A DNA stretch of 64,000 nt from Mobula hypostoma (lineage: Eukaryota), in contig NC_086100.1 of NCBI RefSeq assembly GCF_963921235.1, forward strand, positions 199,332,001-199,396,000. The letters are read 5' to 3'. The notes below the pieces were generated by a model. It made no database searches. It saw only the letters and a program-made list of their open reading frames with translations, and was not told the origin of the DNA. Below, one piece after another: positions 12,088 to 25,900 of this stretch. The first letter of the stretch is position 1, and each line of letters opens with the position of its first letter. The position numbers and the translations under genes were made by a program.

Positions 12088-13554
12088 TCAAGCTTACAGA
12101 AGTTATATGTGAGGCCATGGACATTCACATTCCCAGCAAAATTGTTACTAAGAAGCCTGGTGATAAAGTATGGTTTGATGACAAGTGCAGACGAGCAGCA
12201 AAGAAGAAACGTCGTCTCTACCAGCATCTAAAGAAATGCAACCTCCCTGCTAATAAGGAGAAGTTTGCACAGGCTAGACAGTCATACAATCGAGCAGAGA
12301 GACAGGCCGGAAGAAACCATAACATCAAACTCAACAATGACTTAACCAGTGGTAACCTTAGCAGCAAGAAGTGGTGGAACGTTGTGAACTCCCTCTCTGG
12401 AAGAACAGGCCATTCTGACGTCCCTGTCATTGAGCAGAATGGGTCTGTACATGCACCAGCAAAGGATAAGGCCAATGTTTTCTGTCGGGCTTTTGCAGAT
12501 AAATGTCGGCTCACAAATGCTAATGACCAGCCACCAGATGTCAAGCAGCTTACTACCACCTCGCTGAACAAAACCACCTTCAAACCTAAAGACATCAGGA
12601 AAATTATGCGACAGCTTCAGCCTGTTAAATCATCTGGCCCTGACCAGATTCCAACTAGGGTCTTAAAGGAATGCAGTGCAGAACTTGCAAGTCCTCTCTG
12701 CCACCTCTTCTAGCTATGCTTCTCGAGTGGTGTATTCCCAGAACAATGGAAAATAGCATCAGTAACACCAGTACACAAGCGAGATTCCAGAGCTGATCCT
12801 ACAAATTACCGCCCCAAATCCTTACTCAGTGTCATCAGCAAGGTAATGGACGCAGCAGTCCATAAACAAGTTCAGAACTACCTACTCCGTAACAACTTAA
12901 TTTCAAGTAGGCTGTGTGGATTTAGACCTGATCACAGTACAGCCGATCTCTTCACCACCTTATCTCAAATATGGAACACCTTCTTAAAGGTGGAGAAGTG
13001 TGTGTCATAGCCCTGGATATCAAAGGAGCATTTGACAAGGTCTGGCATAATAGACTCTGTGTTAAGTTGAGATCCAAAGGAAGATCTGGAAAGCTGCTTA
13101 GATGCTGCAGAGCTACCTTCATGGACGGACCATCAAAGTTGTTATCTCTGGTTAGGCTTCTGATTCTTCAACCATCAATGCACCTGAACCACAGGGTTCA
13201 ATACTGGGGAAACTTCTGTTTTCCATCTTTATTGACGACTTGGTTGATGCATGCAGTAACGAGCTATACCTGTACGCTGACGACTCCACACTATTTGCAC
13301 CAATTGGAGCAGGAGAGACTAATACAGTGGCAGCAGGCCTGAATAGGGATCTTGACAGGATGAAAGCCTGGGCAGACGACTGGAATGCCACCTTTGAGCC
13401 TACTAAGTGCAAGGCGATGGTGATGTCTAGGAAGAGGACTTCCGCCTGCAGCTCACACAAATTCTGTGGCTGCCTTTAATTCCTCCTTTTCCCCAGTTTA
13501 GACTTTGAATTTTTAACTTTTATATGTCGGATCTTAGAGGGGAATAGTTGACAT

Positions 13555-14350
13555 TATGTCACAATCTTTAAGAAGTGGAAAGCAGCTTTCGGAATCCAGC
13601 AATGGAAAGGGAAAAACTTTGAAAGAAAAATCAGACGATATGCCTGTCTGGGCTGAGCGTTTAGAACATGCGATGATGACTCTCGACAAGAAAATAGAGA
13701 ATAACATTTCTGAGATGAAGTCGTTCTGACAGAGTTTTCAGTTCGTAGAGGAAAATATTATTTCCTTGAATACTGAGCTTAAAGAGTCGAAGCGCCAGAT
13801 AGCGGATATTTCAGCTCCTTGGAACAGGCTCAACGCAGGATAATCGATTTGGAAGCAAGGTCTCGTTGGAATAACATTCAAATTGTTGGACTGCAGGAAG
13901 GATCTGAGAGTGGGAATTTATTGGACTATTTTGCTAATTTGTTTCAATCTCTGTTTCCGGATATTCTACCTCAGCCTCCTGATATTGAAAGAGCACATAG
14001 AATTTTCACTTCGAAATCTCAAGATCTGGGTAAATCACGGGCAATTTTGGTCAGTTCTCTTCGTTTTAAAGTTAAAGACCAAATCATAAAATGTGCAAGG
14101 AAACAGAGAGTTTTTAAATTTAAGGGTTCCGAGATTCGTTTTTATGAAGACTATCCACGGGAGGTTATGGAACAGCAGATCAAATTCGTTCCAGCTATGA
14201 AGATAGCCCATGCTAAGGGATTATTCCCACCACTTCGCTATCCAGCCTGATTAAAATTATTTCCTAAAGATTCAACTCCATGTGTTCTTTTTGGATCACC
14301 AAGCAGCATTGGACTATGTTAATTCTATTTTGGAGGTGGCCGAGGTCTGA
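13555..14350 (+). pseudogene. L1 ORF1p (coiled coil + RRM/CTD), disrupted
   Basis: IDLEARSRWNNIQIVGLQEG, IERAHR, IRFYEDY, LRYPA. Confidence 0.85.
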
Positions 14351-14623
14351 ATGGTATTAGGTCTGCTGAATAATTTTCTGAAAGAAAACAGGCTTTGAAG
14401 ATTTCTGATATGTTGAAGATATTCTTTGATTGATGGACTATTTAAAGAAGAGGTGAACTTCTTGATTTGACTGATGAATGACTTTTCCGAAGTCTGTTTG
14501 GTATACTGAGTGAATTAACACAGTGGACAGATTGTTAATTGATTTGATTATCTGTTTTTTCTTCCTTTTCCTCATTAATTAAGTGATAGTTTTCATAGTT
14601 TATATAGACTTTTTCTTATATAG

Positions 14624-17600
14624 CGAGGAGTGCTTAGTAAAGGTGTGACCTGTACAAAAAGGACGGGTTACACTTGAATCCTAGGGGGACCAATATCCTG
14701 GCAGGGAGATTAGCGGGGGCTACTGAGGTGACTTTAAACTAGAATGGTTGGGGGGTGGGAATCAAATTAAAGAGGCTAGGCGTGAGGAGGTTAGTTCACG
14801 ACAGAGGGATGGGAACCAGTGCAGAGAGACAGAGGGGTGTAAAGTGAGGGTAGAAGCAAAAAGTACAAAGGAGAAAAGTAAAAGTGGCAGGCCGACAAAT
14901 CCAGGGCAAGCATTAAAAAGGGCCACTTTTCAATATAATTGTATAAGGGCTAAGAGAGTTGTAAAAGAGCGCCTGAAGGCTTTATGTGTCAATGCAAGGA
15001 GCATTTGTAATAAGGTGGATGAATTGAAAGTGCAGATTGTTATTAATGATTATGATATAGTTGGGATCACAGAGACATGGCTCCAGGGTGACCAAGGATG
15101 GGAGCTCAACGTTCAGGGATATTCAATATTCAGGAGGGATAGACATGAAGGAAGGGGAGGTGGGGTGGCGTTACTGGTTAAAGAAGAGATTAACGCAATA
15201 GAAAGGAAGGACATAAGCCGGGAAGATGTGGAATCGATATGGGTAGAGCTGCGTAACACTAAGGGGCAGAAGACGCTGGTGGGAGTTGTGTACAGGCCAC
15301 CTGACAGTAGTAGTGAGGTTGGAGATGGTATTAAACAGGAAATTAGAAATGTGTGCAATAAAGGAACAGCAGTTATAATGGGTGACTTCAATCTACATGT
15401 AGATTGGGTGAACCAAATTGGTAAAGGTGCTGAGGAAGAGGATTTCTTGGAATGTATGCGGGATGGTTTTTTGAACCAACATGTCGATGAAACAACTAGA
15501 GAGCAGGCTATTCTGGACTGGGTTTTGAGCAATGAGGAAGGGTTAATTAGCAATCTTGTCGCGAGAGGCCCCTTGGGTAAGAGTGACCATAATATGGTGG
15601 AATTCTTCATTAAGTTGGAGAGTGACATAGTTAATTCAGAAACAAAGGTTCTGAACTTAAAGAGGGGTAACTTTGAAGGTATGAGACGTGAATTAGCTAA
15701 GATAGACTGGCAAATGACACTTAAAGGATTGACGGTGGATATGCAATGGCAAGCATTTAAAGGTTGCATGGATGAACTACAACAATTGTTCATCCCAGTT
15801 TGGCAAAAGAATAAATCAAGGAAGGTAGTGCACCCGTGGCTGACAAGAGAAATTAGGGATAGTATCAATTCCAAAGAAGAAGCATACAAATTAGCCAGAG
15901 AAAGTGGCTCACCTGAAGACTGGGAGAAATTCAGAGTTCAGCAGAGGAGGACAAAGGGCTTAATTAGGAAGGGGAAAAAAGATTATGAGAGAAAACTGGC
16001 AGGGAACATAAAAACGGACTGTAAAAGCTTTTATAGATATGTAAAAAGGAAAAGACTGGTAAAGACAAATGTAGGTCCCCTGCAGACAGAAACGGGTGAA
16101 TTGATTATGGGGAGCAAGGACATGGCAGACCAATTGAATAATTACTTTGGTTCTGACTTCACTAAGGAGGACATAAATAATCTTCCAGAAATAGTAGGGG
16201 ACAGAGGGTCCAGTGAGATGGAGGAACTGGGCGAAATACATGTTAGTAGGGAAGTGGTGTTAGGTAAATAGAAGGGATTTAAGGCAGATAAATCCCCAGG
16301 GCCAGATGGTCTGCATCCTAGAGTGCTTAAGGAAGTAGCCCAAGAAATAGTGGATGCATTACTGATAATTTTTCAAAACTCGTTAGATTCTGGACTAGTT
16401 CCTGAGGATTGGAGGGTGGCTAATGTAACTCCACTTTTTAAAAAAGGAGGGAGAGAGAAACCGGGGAATTATAGACCGGTTAGCCTAACGTCGGTGGTGG
16501 GGAAACTGCTGGAGTCAGTTATCAAGGATGTGATAACAGCACATTTGGAAAGCGGTGAAATGATCGGACAAAGTCAGCATGGATTTGTGAAAGGAAAATC
16601 ATGTCTGACGAATCTCATAGAATTTTTTGAGGATGTAACTAGTAGAGTGGATAGGGGAGAACCAGTGGATGTGGTATATTTGGATTTTCAAAAGGCTTTT
16701 GACAAGGTCCCACACAGGAGATTAGTGTGCAAACTTAAAGCACACGGTATTGGGGGTAAGGTATTGGTGTGGGTGGAGAATTGGTTAGCAGACAGGAAGC
16801 AAAGAGTGGGAATAAATGGGACCTTTTCAGAATGGCAGGCGGTGACTAGTGGGGTACCGCAAGGCTCAGTGCTGGGACCCCAGTTGTTTACAATACATAT
16901 TTATGACTTGGATGAGGGAATTAAATGCAGCATCTCCAAGTTTGCGGATGACACGAAGCTGGGTGGCAGTGTTAGCTGTGAGGAGGATGCTAAGAGGATG
17001 CAGGGTGACTTGGATAGGTTGGGTGAGTGGGCAAATTCATGGCAGATGCAATTTAATGTGGATAAATGCGAAGTTATCCACTTTGGTGGCAAAAATAGGA
17101 AAACAGATTATTATCTGAATGGTGGCCGATTAGGAAAAGGGGAGGTGCAACGAGACCTGGGTGTCATTATACACCAGTCATTGAAAGTGGGCATGCAGGT
17201 ACAGCAGGCGGTGAAAAAGACGAATGGTATGCTGGCATTTATAGCGAGAGGATTCGAGTACAGGAGCAGGGAGGTACTACTGCAGTTGTACAAGGCCTTG
17301 GTGAGACCACACCTGGAGTATTGTGTGCAGTTTTGGTCCCTTAATCTGAGGAAAGACATCCTTACCATAGAGGGAGTACAAAGAAGGTTCACCAGATTGA
17401 TTCCTGGGATGGCAGGACTTTCATATGAAGAAAGACTGGATGAACTGGGCTTGTACTCGTTGGAATTTAGAAGATTGAGGGGGGGTCTGATTGAAACGTA
17501 TAAGATCCTAAAGGGATTGGACAGGCTAGATGTAGGAAGATTGTTCCCGATGTTGGGGAAGTCCAGAACGAGGGGTCACAGTTTGAGGATAAAGGGGAAG

Positions 17601-17877
17601 CCTTTTAGGACCGAGATTAGGAAAAACTTCTTCACACAGAGAGTGGTGAACCTGTGGAATTCTCTGCCACAGGAAACAGTTGAGGCCAGTTCATTGGCTA
17701 TAGTTAAGAGGGAGTTAGATATGGCCCTTGTGGCTACGGGGATCAGGGGGTATGGAGGGAAGGCTGGGGCAGGGTTCTGAGTTGGATGATCAGCCATGAT
17801 CATAATAAATGGCGGTGCAGGCTCGAAGGGCCGAATGGCCTACTCCTGCACCTATTTTCTATGTTTCTATGTTTCTA
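14624..17877 (+). mobile_element. Young CR1 LINE in the L1 inter-ORF region
   Basis: End of SGNH-type ORF1 (DLYKKDGLHLNPRGTNILAG), ORF2, 3' (ATGTTTCT)n tail. Confidence 0.93.
14748..17780 (+). pseudogene. CR1 ORF2 (APE endonuclease + RT) with a single in-frame stop at 16269-16271
   Basis: ORFs 14748-16271 and 16323-17780 share a frame; GITETW, GDFN, SDH, YLDFQKAFDKVPH, PQGSVLGP, FADD. Confidence 0.92.
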
Positions 17878-18756
17878 AATAGATAATTAGTTTTAGTTTC
17901 TCTGTTAAAAAGTGTTTTTTCATCGGGCAGTAAGTCAAAGAGATAATGGCGCTGATTTTTTCGTCAGAGATTACATTGTTTTGGTTTAATCTTATTGCTT
18001 TGACGTCTCTGGAGATTGTTTTTGCATTCCCTAGTTTATTTTTAATGATGAAGTATAAACATCTTTTTTTTCCTCTATAGGTCTTTCTTACCTTAGGGCC
18101 GTGTGTTTTTTTTTTGTAAAGGGGAGGGGGGGAATTATGAAAAACTTTAAAAATCACTATTTAAATTGAGCAGCTCGCGGAGTTCCGTTTCTTTTTTCTT
18201 TTTCTATGGGGACGCATTCCGGTTTATTTCTTCTTTTTGCTGGATTTCTACCTTTTGGGATGGTGGGAGGATTGGGGGTAGTTTCGAATTATAGGTTTCA
18301 TTGCAGGATTAATTTCACTTTTTCCAGTTTTTTTCTCTTGTATTTTTTCCCATTACAGAGTTCTGGAGTATGCGTGTTTTCTATATGGTTATACTTATCA
18401 CCGCCATTTTTGATTAGCCCACGTTGGTATGTGGGTATTTTCATGTTAAAAAAATATTTTGCGGTAGTTAAACAGATAAACGTTATTAGTTGGAACGTAC
18501 ATGGCTGGAATCACCCTATTAAGCGAAAGAAGACTTTTTAAATTATTAATCGATTCCAGCCCGATATAATTTTTGCTCAAGAAATGCATATCAGAACGGG
18601 CGATCAAATTAGATTTTTTTAAAACGTGGAAGGGCCTTCAATATCATGCCACTTGTCAAAATAAAACAAGGGGAGTATCTACTTCTATTAAATCTAATAT
18701 TTTATTTATCCAAGCAGAATAAAGGGTGTAAAGGTAGGAAGGTAGAAGGGCTAAAG

Positions 18757-19957
18757 CAGCGGTCTCCAACCACCAGGCCGTGGACCGGTGCTGGGCCGCA
18801 AAGCATGTGCTACCGGGCCGCGAGGAAACAATAGGAGTCAGCTGCACCTTTCCTCATTCCCTGTCACGCCCACTGATGAGCTTGAACGCACGCGAGGTCA
18901 TTACCCGCGCATTATCCATGTCAGCGCGGGAAGGAGATCAACTCCTCGAGCTTGCAAATGACGGCGGGCTGAAAAGTATGTTTGACATAACATCTCTGCC
19001 GGCATTCTGGATCAAAGTCAAGGCTAAATATCCTGAGATAGTCAGGAAAGCACTGAAAATGTTGCTTCCATTTCCAGCATATCTCTGCAATGAACGCAAC
19101 GAAAACTAAATTGCGGAATAGACTGGACATAAGGAACCCCCTTCGAGTATCGCTGTCTCCCATCACCTCGATCGCACCGTCTTGTTGCCGGGAAACAAGC
19201 CCAGGGCTCCCACTGATTCAGTGATATTGGTGTGTTGCAATAATTTTATATGTTCATACGGGGAAAATATGTGCTGTGTGTTTAATATCCAAACGTTGCT
19301 TAAAATGTTATGATGCTATTGACTTATAAGTGACTTATATAACCATATAACAATTACAGCACGGAAACAGGCCAGCTCTGCCCTTATAGTCCATGCCGAA
19401 CGCTTACTCTCACCTAGTCCCACCGACCTGCACTCAGCCCATAACCCTCCATTCCTTTCCTGTCTACATACCTATCCAATTTTTCTTTAAATTATAATAT
19501 CGAACTTGCCTCTACCACTTCTACTGGAAGTTCGTTCAACACTTACTTCAAGCTCCCCTGTCCTCCCCTGATAATTGACTTATCACTATATTCATGCGAG
19601 GAAAATATGTGCTCTGTGTTTAATATTAAATTCGTTAGATAAACGCTTTTAGAAACGAAATTGAGTGTATTGGCCACTTATCACCTATATTCCAGTCGTG
19701 ATTAACACCACCCCTGAACAGAATCGCCAAAAACAATTTGTAGGAAAAAAAATCGGCACGTACACACATGCGCACTGGTGCCCGCGCAAGGCTTCATGGT
19801 CATTGTAGTCTTTCTGGGGTAAACACAACGTATTTGACTGCTACTCTTGTCCGTTGGCAACCCTACCACCCCCCCCCCCACCCCCGGGTCGGCCGGTCCG
19901 CAAGAATATTGTCAATAATAAAACGGGCCGCAGTGCAAAAAAGGTTGGGGACCCCTG
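18757..19957 (+). mobile_element. Non-autonomous hAT (Charlie/Buster-like) DNA transposon with a transposase C-terminal remnant
   Basis: 15-bp TIRs cagcggtctccaacc / ggttggggacccctg; 8-bp flanks ggctaaag / ggctgaaa; remnant FWIKVKAKYPE..ALKMLLPF..KLRNRLD..KQAQGSH*. Confidence 0.88.
19335..19535 (-). mobile_element. CR1 3' tail inserted inside the hAT element
   Basis: Near-identical to 6277-6420; reverse CR1-type 3' UTR. Confidence 0.7.
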
Positions 19958-22900
19958 GGCTGAAATGTGTGTACCTCAATGCAAGAAGCATCAGGAACAG
20001 AGGTGATGAGCTGAGAGCTTCGATACATACATGGAATTATGATGTCGTGGCCATTACAGAGACTTGGCTGGCACCAGGGCAGGAATGGATTCTCAATATT
20101 CCTGGATTTCAGTGCTTTAAAAGGGATAGAGAGGGTGGAAAAAGGGGAGGAGGGGTGGCATTACTGGTCAGGGATATTATTACAGCTACAGAAAGGGTGG
20201 GTAACGTAGCAGGATCCTCTTTTGAATCAGTATGGGTAGAAGTCAGGAACAGGAAGGGAGCAATTACTCTACTGGGCGCATTCTATAGGCCCCCTGGTAG
20301 CAGCAGGGATACCGAGGAGCAGATTGGGAGGCAGATTTTGGAAAGGTGCAAAACTAACAGGGTTGTTATCATGGGTGACTTTAACTTCCCTAATATTGAT
20401 TGGCACCTGATTAGTTCCAAGGGTTTAGATGGGGCAGAATTTGTTAAGTGTGTCCAGGACGGATTCCTGTCACAGTATGTGGACAGGCCGACCACTGGGA
20501 ATGCCATGCTAGATCTAGTACTAGGTAATGAACCGGGTCTGGTCACAGATCTCTCAGTGGGTGAGCATCTGGGGGACAGTGACCACCACTCCCTGGCCTT
20601 CAGCATTATCATGGAAAAGGATAGAATCAAAGAGGACAGGAACAATTTTAATTGGGGAAGGGCAAATTATGAGGCTATAAGGCTAGAACTTGTGGGTGTG
20701 AATTGGGATGATGTTTTTGCAGGGAAATGTACCATGGACATGTGGTCGATGTTTAGAGATCTCTTGCAGGATGTTAGGGATAAATTTGTCCCGGTGAGGA
20801 GGATAAAGAATGGTAGGGTGAAGGAACCATGGGTGACAAGTGAGGTGGAAAATCTAGTCAGGTGGAAGAAGGCAGCATACATGAGGTTTAGGAAGCAAGG
20901 ATCAGATGGGTCTATTGAGGAATATAGGGTAGCAAGAAAGGAGCTTAAGAAGGGGCTGAGAAGAGCAAGAAGGGGGCATGAGAAAGCCTTGGCGAGTAGG
21001 GTAAAGGAAAACCCCAAGGCATTCTTCAATTACGTGAAGAACAAAAGGATGACAAGAGTGAAGGTAGGATCGATTAAAGATAAAGGTGGGAAGATGTGCC
21101 TGGAGGCTTTGGAAGTAGCGAGGTCCTCAATAAATACTTCTCTTTGGTATTCACCAATGAGAGGGAACTTGATGACAGTGAGGACAATATGAGTGAGGGT
21201 AATGTTCTGGAGCATGTTGATATTAAGAGAGAGGAGGTGTTGGAGTTGTTAAAATACATTAGGATGGATAAGTCCCCGGGGCCTGATGGAATATTCTCCA
21301 GGCTGCTCCACGAGGTGAGGGAAGAGATTGCTGAGCCTCTGGCTAGGATCTTTACGTTCTCGTTGTCTACAGGAATGGTACTGGAGGATTGGAGGGAGGC
21401 TGATGTTGTCCCCTTGTTCAAAAAAGGTAGTAGGGATAGTCCAGGTAGTTATAGACCAGTGAGCCTTACGTCTGTGGTGGGAAAGCTGTTGGAAAAGATT
21501 CTTAGAGATAGGATCTATGGGCATTTAGAGAAATACGGTCTGATCAGGGACAGTCAGCATGGCTTTTTGAAGGGCAGGTGTATCTAACAAGCCTGATAGA
21601 GTTCTCTGAGGAGGTGACCAGGCATATAGATGAGGGTTGTGCAGTGGATGTGATCTATATGGATTTTAGTAAGGCATTTGACAAGGTTCCACATAGTAGG
21701 CTTATTCAGAAAGTCAGAAGGCATGGGATCCAGGGAGGTTTGGCCAGGTGGATTCAGAATTGGCTTGCCTGCAGAAGGCAGAGGGTAGTGGTGGAGGGGG
21801 TACATTCAGATTGGAGGGTTGTTACTAGTGGTGTCCCACAAGGATCGGTTCTGGGACCTCTACTTTTCATGATTTTTATTAACGACCTGGATGTGGGGGT
21901 AGAAGGATGGGTTGGCAAGTTTGCAGACAACACAAAGGTTGGTGGTGTTGTAGATAGTGTACAGGATTGTCAAAGATTGCAGGGAAACATTGATAGGTTG
22001 CAGAAGTGGGCTGAGAAGTGAAAGATGGAGTTCAACCTGGAGAAGAGTGAGGTGGTACACTTGGAAGGACAAACTCCAAGGCAGAGTACAAAGTAAATGG
22101 CAGGATACTTGGTAGTGTGGAGGAGCAGAGGGATCTGGGGGTACATGTCCACAGATCCCTGAAAGTTACCTCACAGGTCGATAGGGTAGTTAAGAAAGCT
22201 TATGGGGTCTTAGCTTTCATAAGTCGAGGGATAGAGTTTAAGAGTCGCGATGTAATGATGCAGCTCTATAAATCTCTGGTTAGGCCACACTTGGAGTATT
22301 GTGTCCAGTTCTGGTCACCTCACTATAGGAAAGATGTGGAAGCATTGGAAAGGGTACAGAGGAGATTTACCAGGATGCTGCCTGGTTTAGAGAGTATGCA
22401 TTATGATCAGAGATTAAGGGAGCTAGGGCTTTACTCTTTGGAGAGAAGGAGGATGAGAGGAGACATGATAGAGGTGTACAAGATATTAAGAGGAATAGAT
22501 AGAGTAGATAGCCAGCGCCTCTTCCCCAGGGCACTACTGCTCAATAGAAGGGGACATGGCTTTAAGGTAAGGGGTAGGAAGTTCAAGGGGGACATTAGAG
22601 TAAGGTTTTTTACTCAGAGAGTGGTTGGTGCGTGGAATGCACTGCCTGAGTCAGCGGTGGAAGCAGATACACTAGCGAAATTTAAGAGACTACCAGACAG
22701 GTATATGGAGGAATTTAAGGGTGGGGGGGTTATATGGGAGGCAGGGTTTGAGGGTTGGCACAACAATGTGGGCCGAAGGGCCTGTACTGTGCTGCACTAT
22801 TCTATGTTCTAAGAAGACATTGTGTCAGATATTAATGGTAGATTTTTAATCGTCAAAGCAACAATTTGTAATAGAAAAATTGTCCCGGTTAATCTATATG

Positions 22901-25900
22901 GATCTAATGTAGATGATCCTTCTTTTTTTAAAAATGTATTTGGTTTATTGCCAGATTTAAATGAATATATGTTGTTAATGGGTGGTGATTTTAACTGTTG
23001 TTTAAATCCTTTGATTGACAAAAGTTCAACCAATCAGCAGCTTCCGAGTTGTTCAGCATCACTTATTAACTCTTTTTTAACTAATTATGGTTTGAACGAA
23101 ATCTGGAGATATTTACATCCTAATGATAGAGATTATTCTTTTTATTCACATGTTCATAAAAAAATTTGAGAATTAATTATTTTACAGCTGATTTCTGATT
23201 TTTGTCCAAAGTCCAGAAATGTGAATATGATGCTATCATTGTTTCGGATCATGCGCCTTTAAGCTTAGCTTTTGAATTGAATGATGTCGTTATTGTAAAC
23301 TTGCCTTGGCATTTTCCAGAAAATTTATTACAAAGTTCAGACTTCGTCAAATTTATTGAGACTTAGATAAGATTTTTTTCTTTTTAATAATATGCGACAT
23401 GTGTTGAAATTGATTATATGGGATACATTTAAAGCATATTTGCGAGGTCAGATAATCTCTTATTTGGCTAAGCTTAAGATACAGACAAAAATAGAGTTAG
23501 ATAAGATTTCAAATCAAATTAAAGACTTGGATAATACTTCTGCAGTCTCTCCTAACATTGATTTATTTAAACAAAGGGTTGAACTTCAATCACAATATAA
23601 TTTACTATTAACTTATCCTATTGAAAGAAATTTGCGTAAATTAAAAAGTCAATTTTATGTGTTTGGAGATAAAAATAATAAGCTATTAGTATCCCAACTA
23701 AAGGTAGCTAGAGCTAAAAGACAAATTTTAAAAATTAGTAAGGGAGATGGTAGTTTAGCTTGTAATTATGAAGATATTAATAAAAATTTTCAAGACTTTT
23801 ACAGTGAACTCTATAATTCTCAGTTTCCAGCTGATCCTTCTGAAATGAATGCCTTTTTACAAAAGATTGATTTTCCTAGAATATCTGTTGAAAATCAACA
23901 AACTGTTGATACTCCTATTACTGAAAGAGAAATTCAGAAAGCTATTTTTTCAATGCAATCTGGTAAAGCTCTTGGACTGGATGGCTTTTCTGTAGGATTT
24001 TATAAAAAATTTGAAGAATTGCTTACTCCATATATGTTGGAAACGCTTAAAGATTCTTTTTTTTAGGAGAGTTACCTCCCACATTTTATGAAGCTTCTAT
24101 TTCTTTAATTCTTAAGAAAGATAAAGACCCTACTGATTGCGCTTCATATAGACCCATTTCACTATTAAATGTGGATGCTAAAATTCTTTCAAAAATAATG
24201 GCTAATCGACTGGAGAATATTCAAGCTAAAATTTTTTCTCAGAACCAAACAGGTTTTATAAAAGGCAGTTATTCCTTCTCTAATACTCGGAGACTGTTAA
24301 ATGTTATATACTCATCCCCCTCGAAAACTCCCCAATGTGTTGTTTCTCTTGATGCTGAAAAGGCATTTGATAAGAGTTGAATGGAAGTACTTAGTTAACG
24401 TTTTAGAAAAATTCAACTTTGGTACTAAGTGGATTAGAATGATATATAAAAGCCCTATTGCCACTGTTATTACTAATAATTGCAAATCTTTTTTTTTCGT
24501 CTTTTGTCGTCTGTTAAGTCCCCTGTTATTTAACTTAGTGTTGGAACCTTTGGCTACTGCATTTCGTGAAGCTAAAGACAGTCAAGGAATTTCCATAAAT
24601 GGGACTATTCATAAGATCTTCCTTTATGCTGATGATCTCTTAGTTTATGTTTCAAATCGTGAAGAATCCATTCCTAGTTTATTGAAATTATTAAATTGAT
24701 TTGGAAAATTTTTGGGATATAAATTAAACCTTTATAAAAGTGAATTATTTCCTCTAAATGATTCTGCTTCTATATATGATGACATTCCTTTTAAAGTTAC
24801 GGATTCTTTCAAATATTTAGGTATTATCATCACTAAAAATTATGAAGACCTTTATAGAGCTAAACTGGTTCCCTTAGTGGATTTTATGAAGCAATTATTT
24901 TGTAGATGGAATCCACTTACACTTTCGTTAGCTGGCTGAATTCATGCAGTTAAAATGACGATTTTACCAAAATTTTTATATGTATTTCAAAATATTCCTA
25001 TTTTTTTAACTAAGAAGTTTTTTGATCAGGTTGATTCTATTATTTCATCTTTTGTTTGGAATAATAAAAGACCAAGAATTGGAAAATATCATTTACAAAA
25101 ATTAAAAAAGGATGGAGGTCTTGCTCTGCCTAATTTAAGATTGTATTATTGGGCTGTTAATATACGTTGTGTGTGTTCTTGGTTATATTGGACTGATAAA
25201 AATGAACAACCACCTTGGGTTGATTTGGAATTGAAAGCTGTGAAACAATTTTACTTAACTTCGTTATTAGGAGCCTCTTTACCTGTACAACTGGCCAAAA
25301 TTTCTATTCTAAATTTATATCCTATGATTAAGCAGTCATTACGAATTTGGTACCAGTTTCATAATTTTTTTGATCTTAAAAAATTTAACTTTCTTAGTTT
25401 AATTTATCGAAACTATTTATTTAACCCTTCACTTACCTTAACCTACCTTTTCTCTTTGGAGGAATAAAGGAGTTTCTGTTTCAAGAAGGTCGATTGATGT
25501 CTTTTGAGAAATTGGTAACTAAATATTCTCTCTCGTACTCACATTTTTTGCAATATCTTCAGGTCAGACATTTCTTACAAGAATATCTAACTAATTTTCC
25601 ATATATACAAGATTCTGACCTGTTAAGACATTATTTTAAAAATGAATCCTTTAGTGAAAGATTTTATTAGGAAAATTTATAATTTACTATTACAAAAGTA
25701 TAATTATCCTTTACTTAAGATTAAGCAAGATTGGGAAAGAGAGCTTAACATGACCTTCATAACAGAGGATTGGTAGCGAATTTTAAAGTTGGTTAACTCT
25801 TCTTCGATTTGTGCCAGTCACTCTTTAATTCAATTTAAAATTGTACATCATTATTATTTGACAAAGGAGAGACAGTCTAAAATATTTCCTAATGTTGACA

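Larger units (their letters stand above)
18715..22810 (+). mobile_element. CR1 LINE inserted in the L1 endonuclease (3-bp duplication AAG)
   Basis: L1 codons ..FIQ|EDIVSD are split; GLKCVYLNARS endonuclease, RT and 3' (ATGTTCT) tail. Confidence 0.92.

Noticed and set aside
15113..15889. Long antisense ORFs over the CR1 ORF2 copies
   Set aside because: Typical shadow ORFs of intact coding strands
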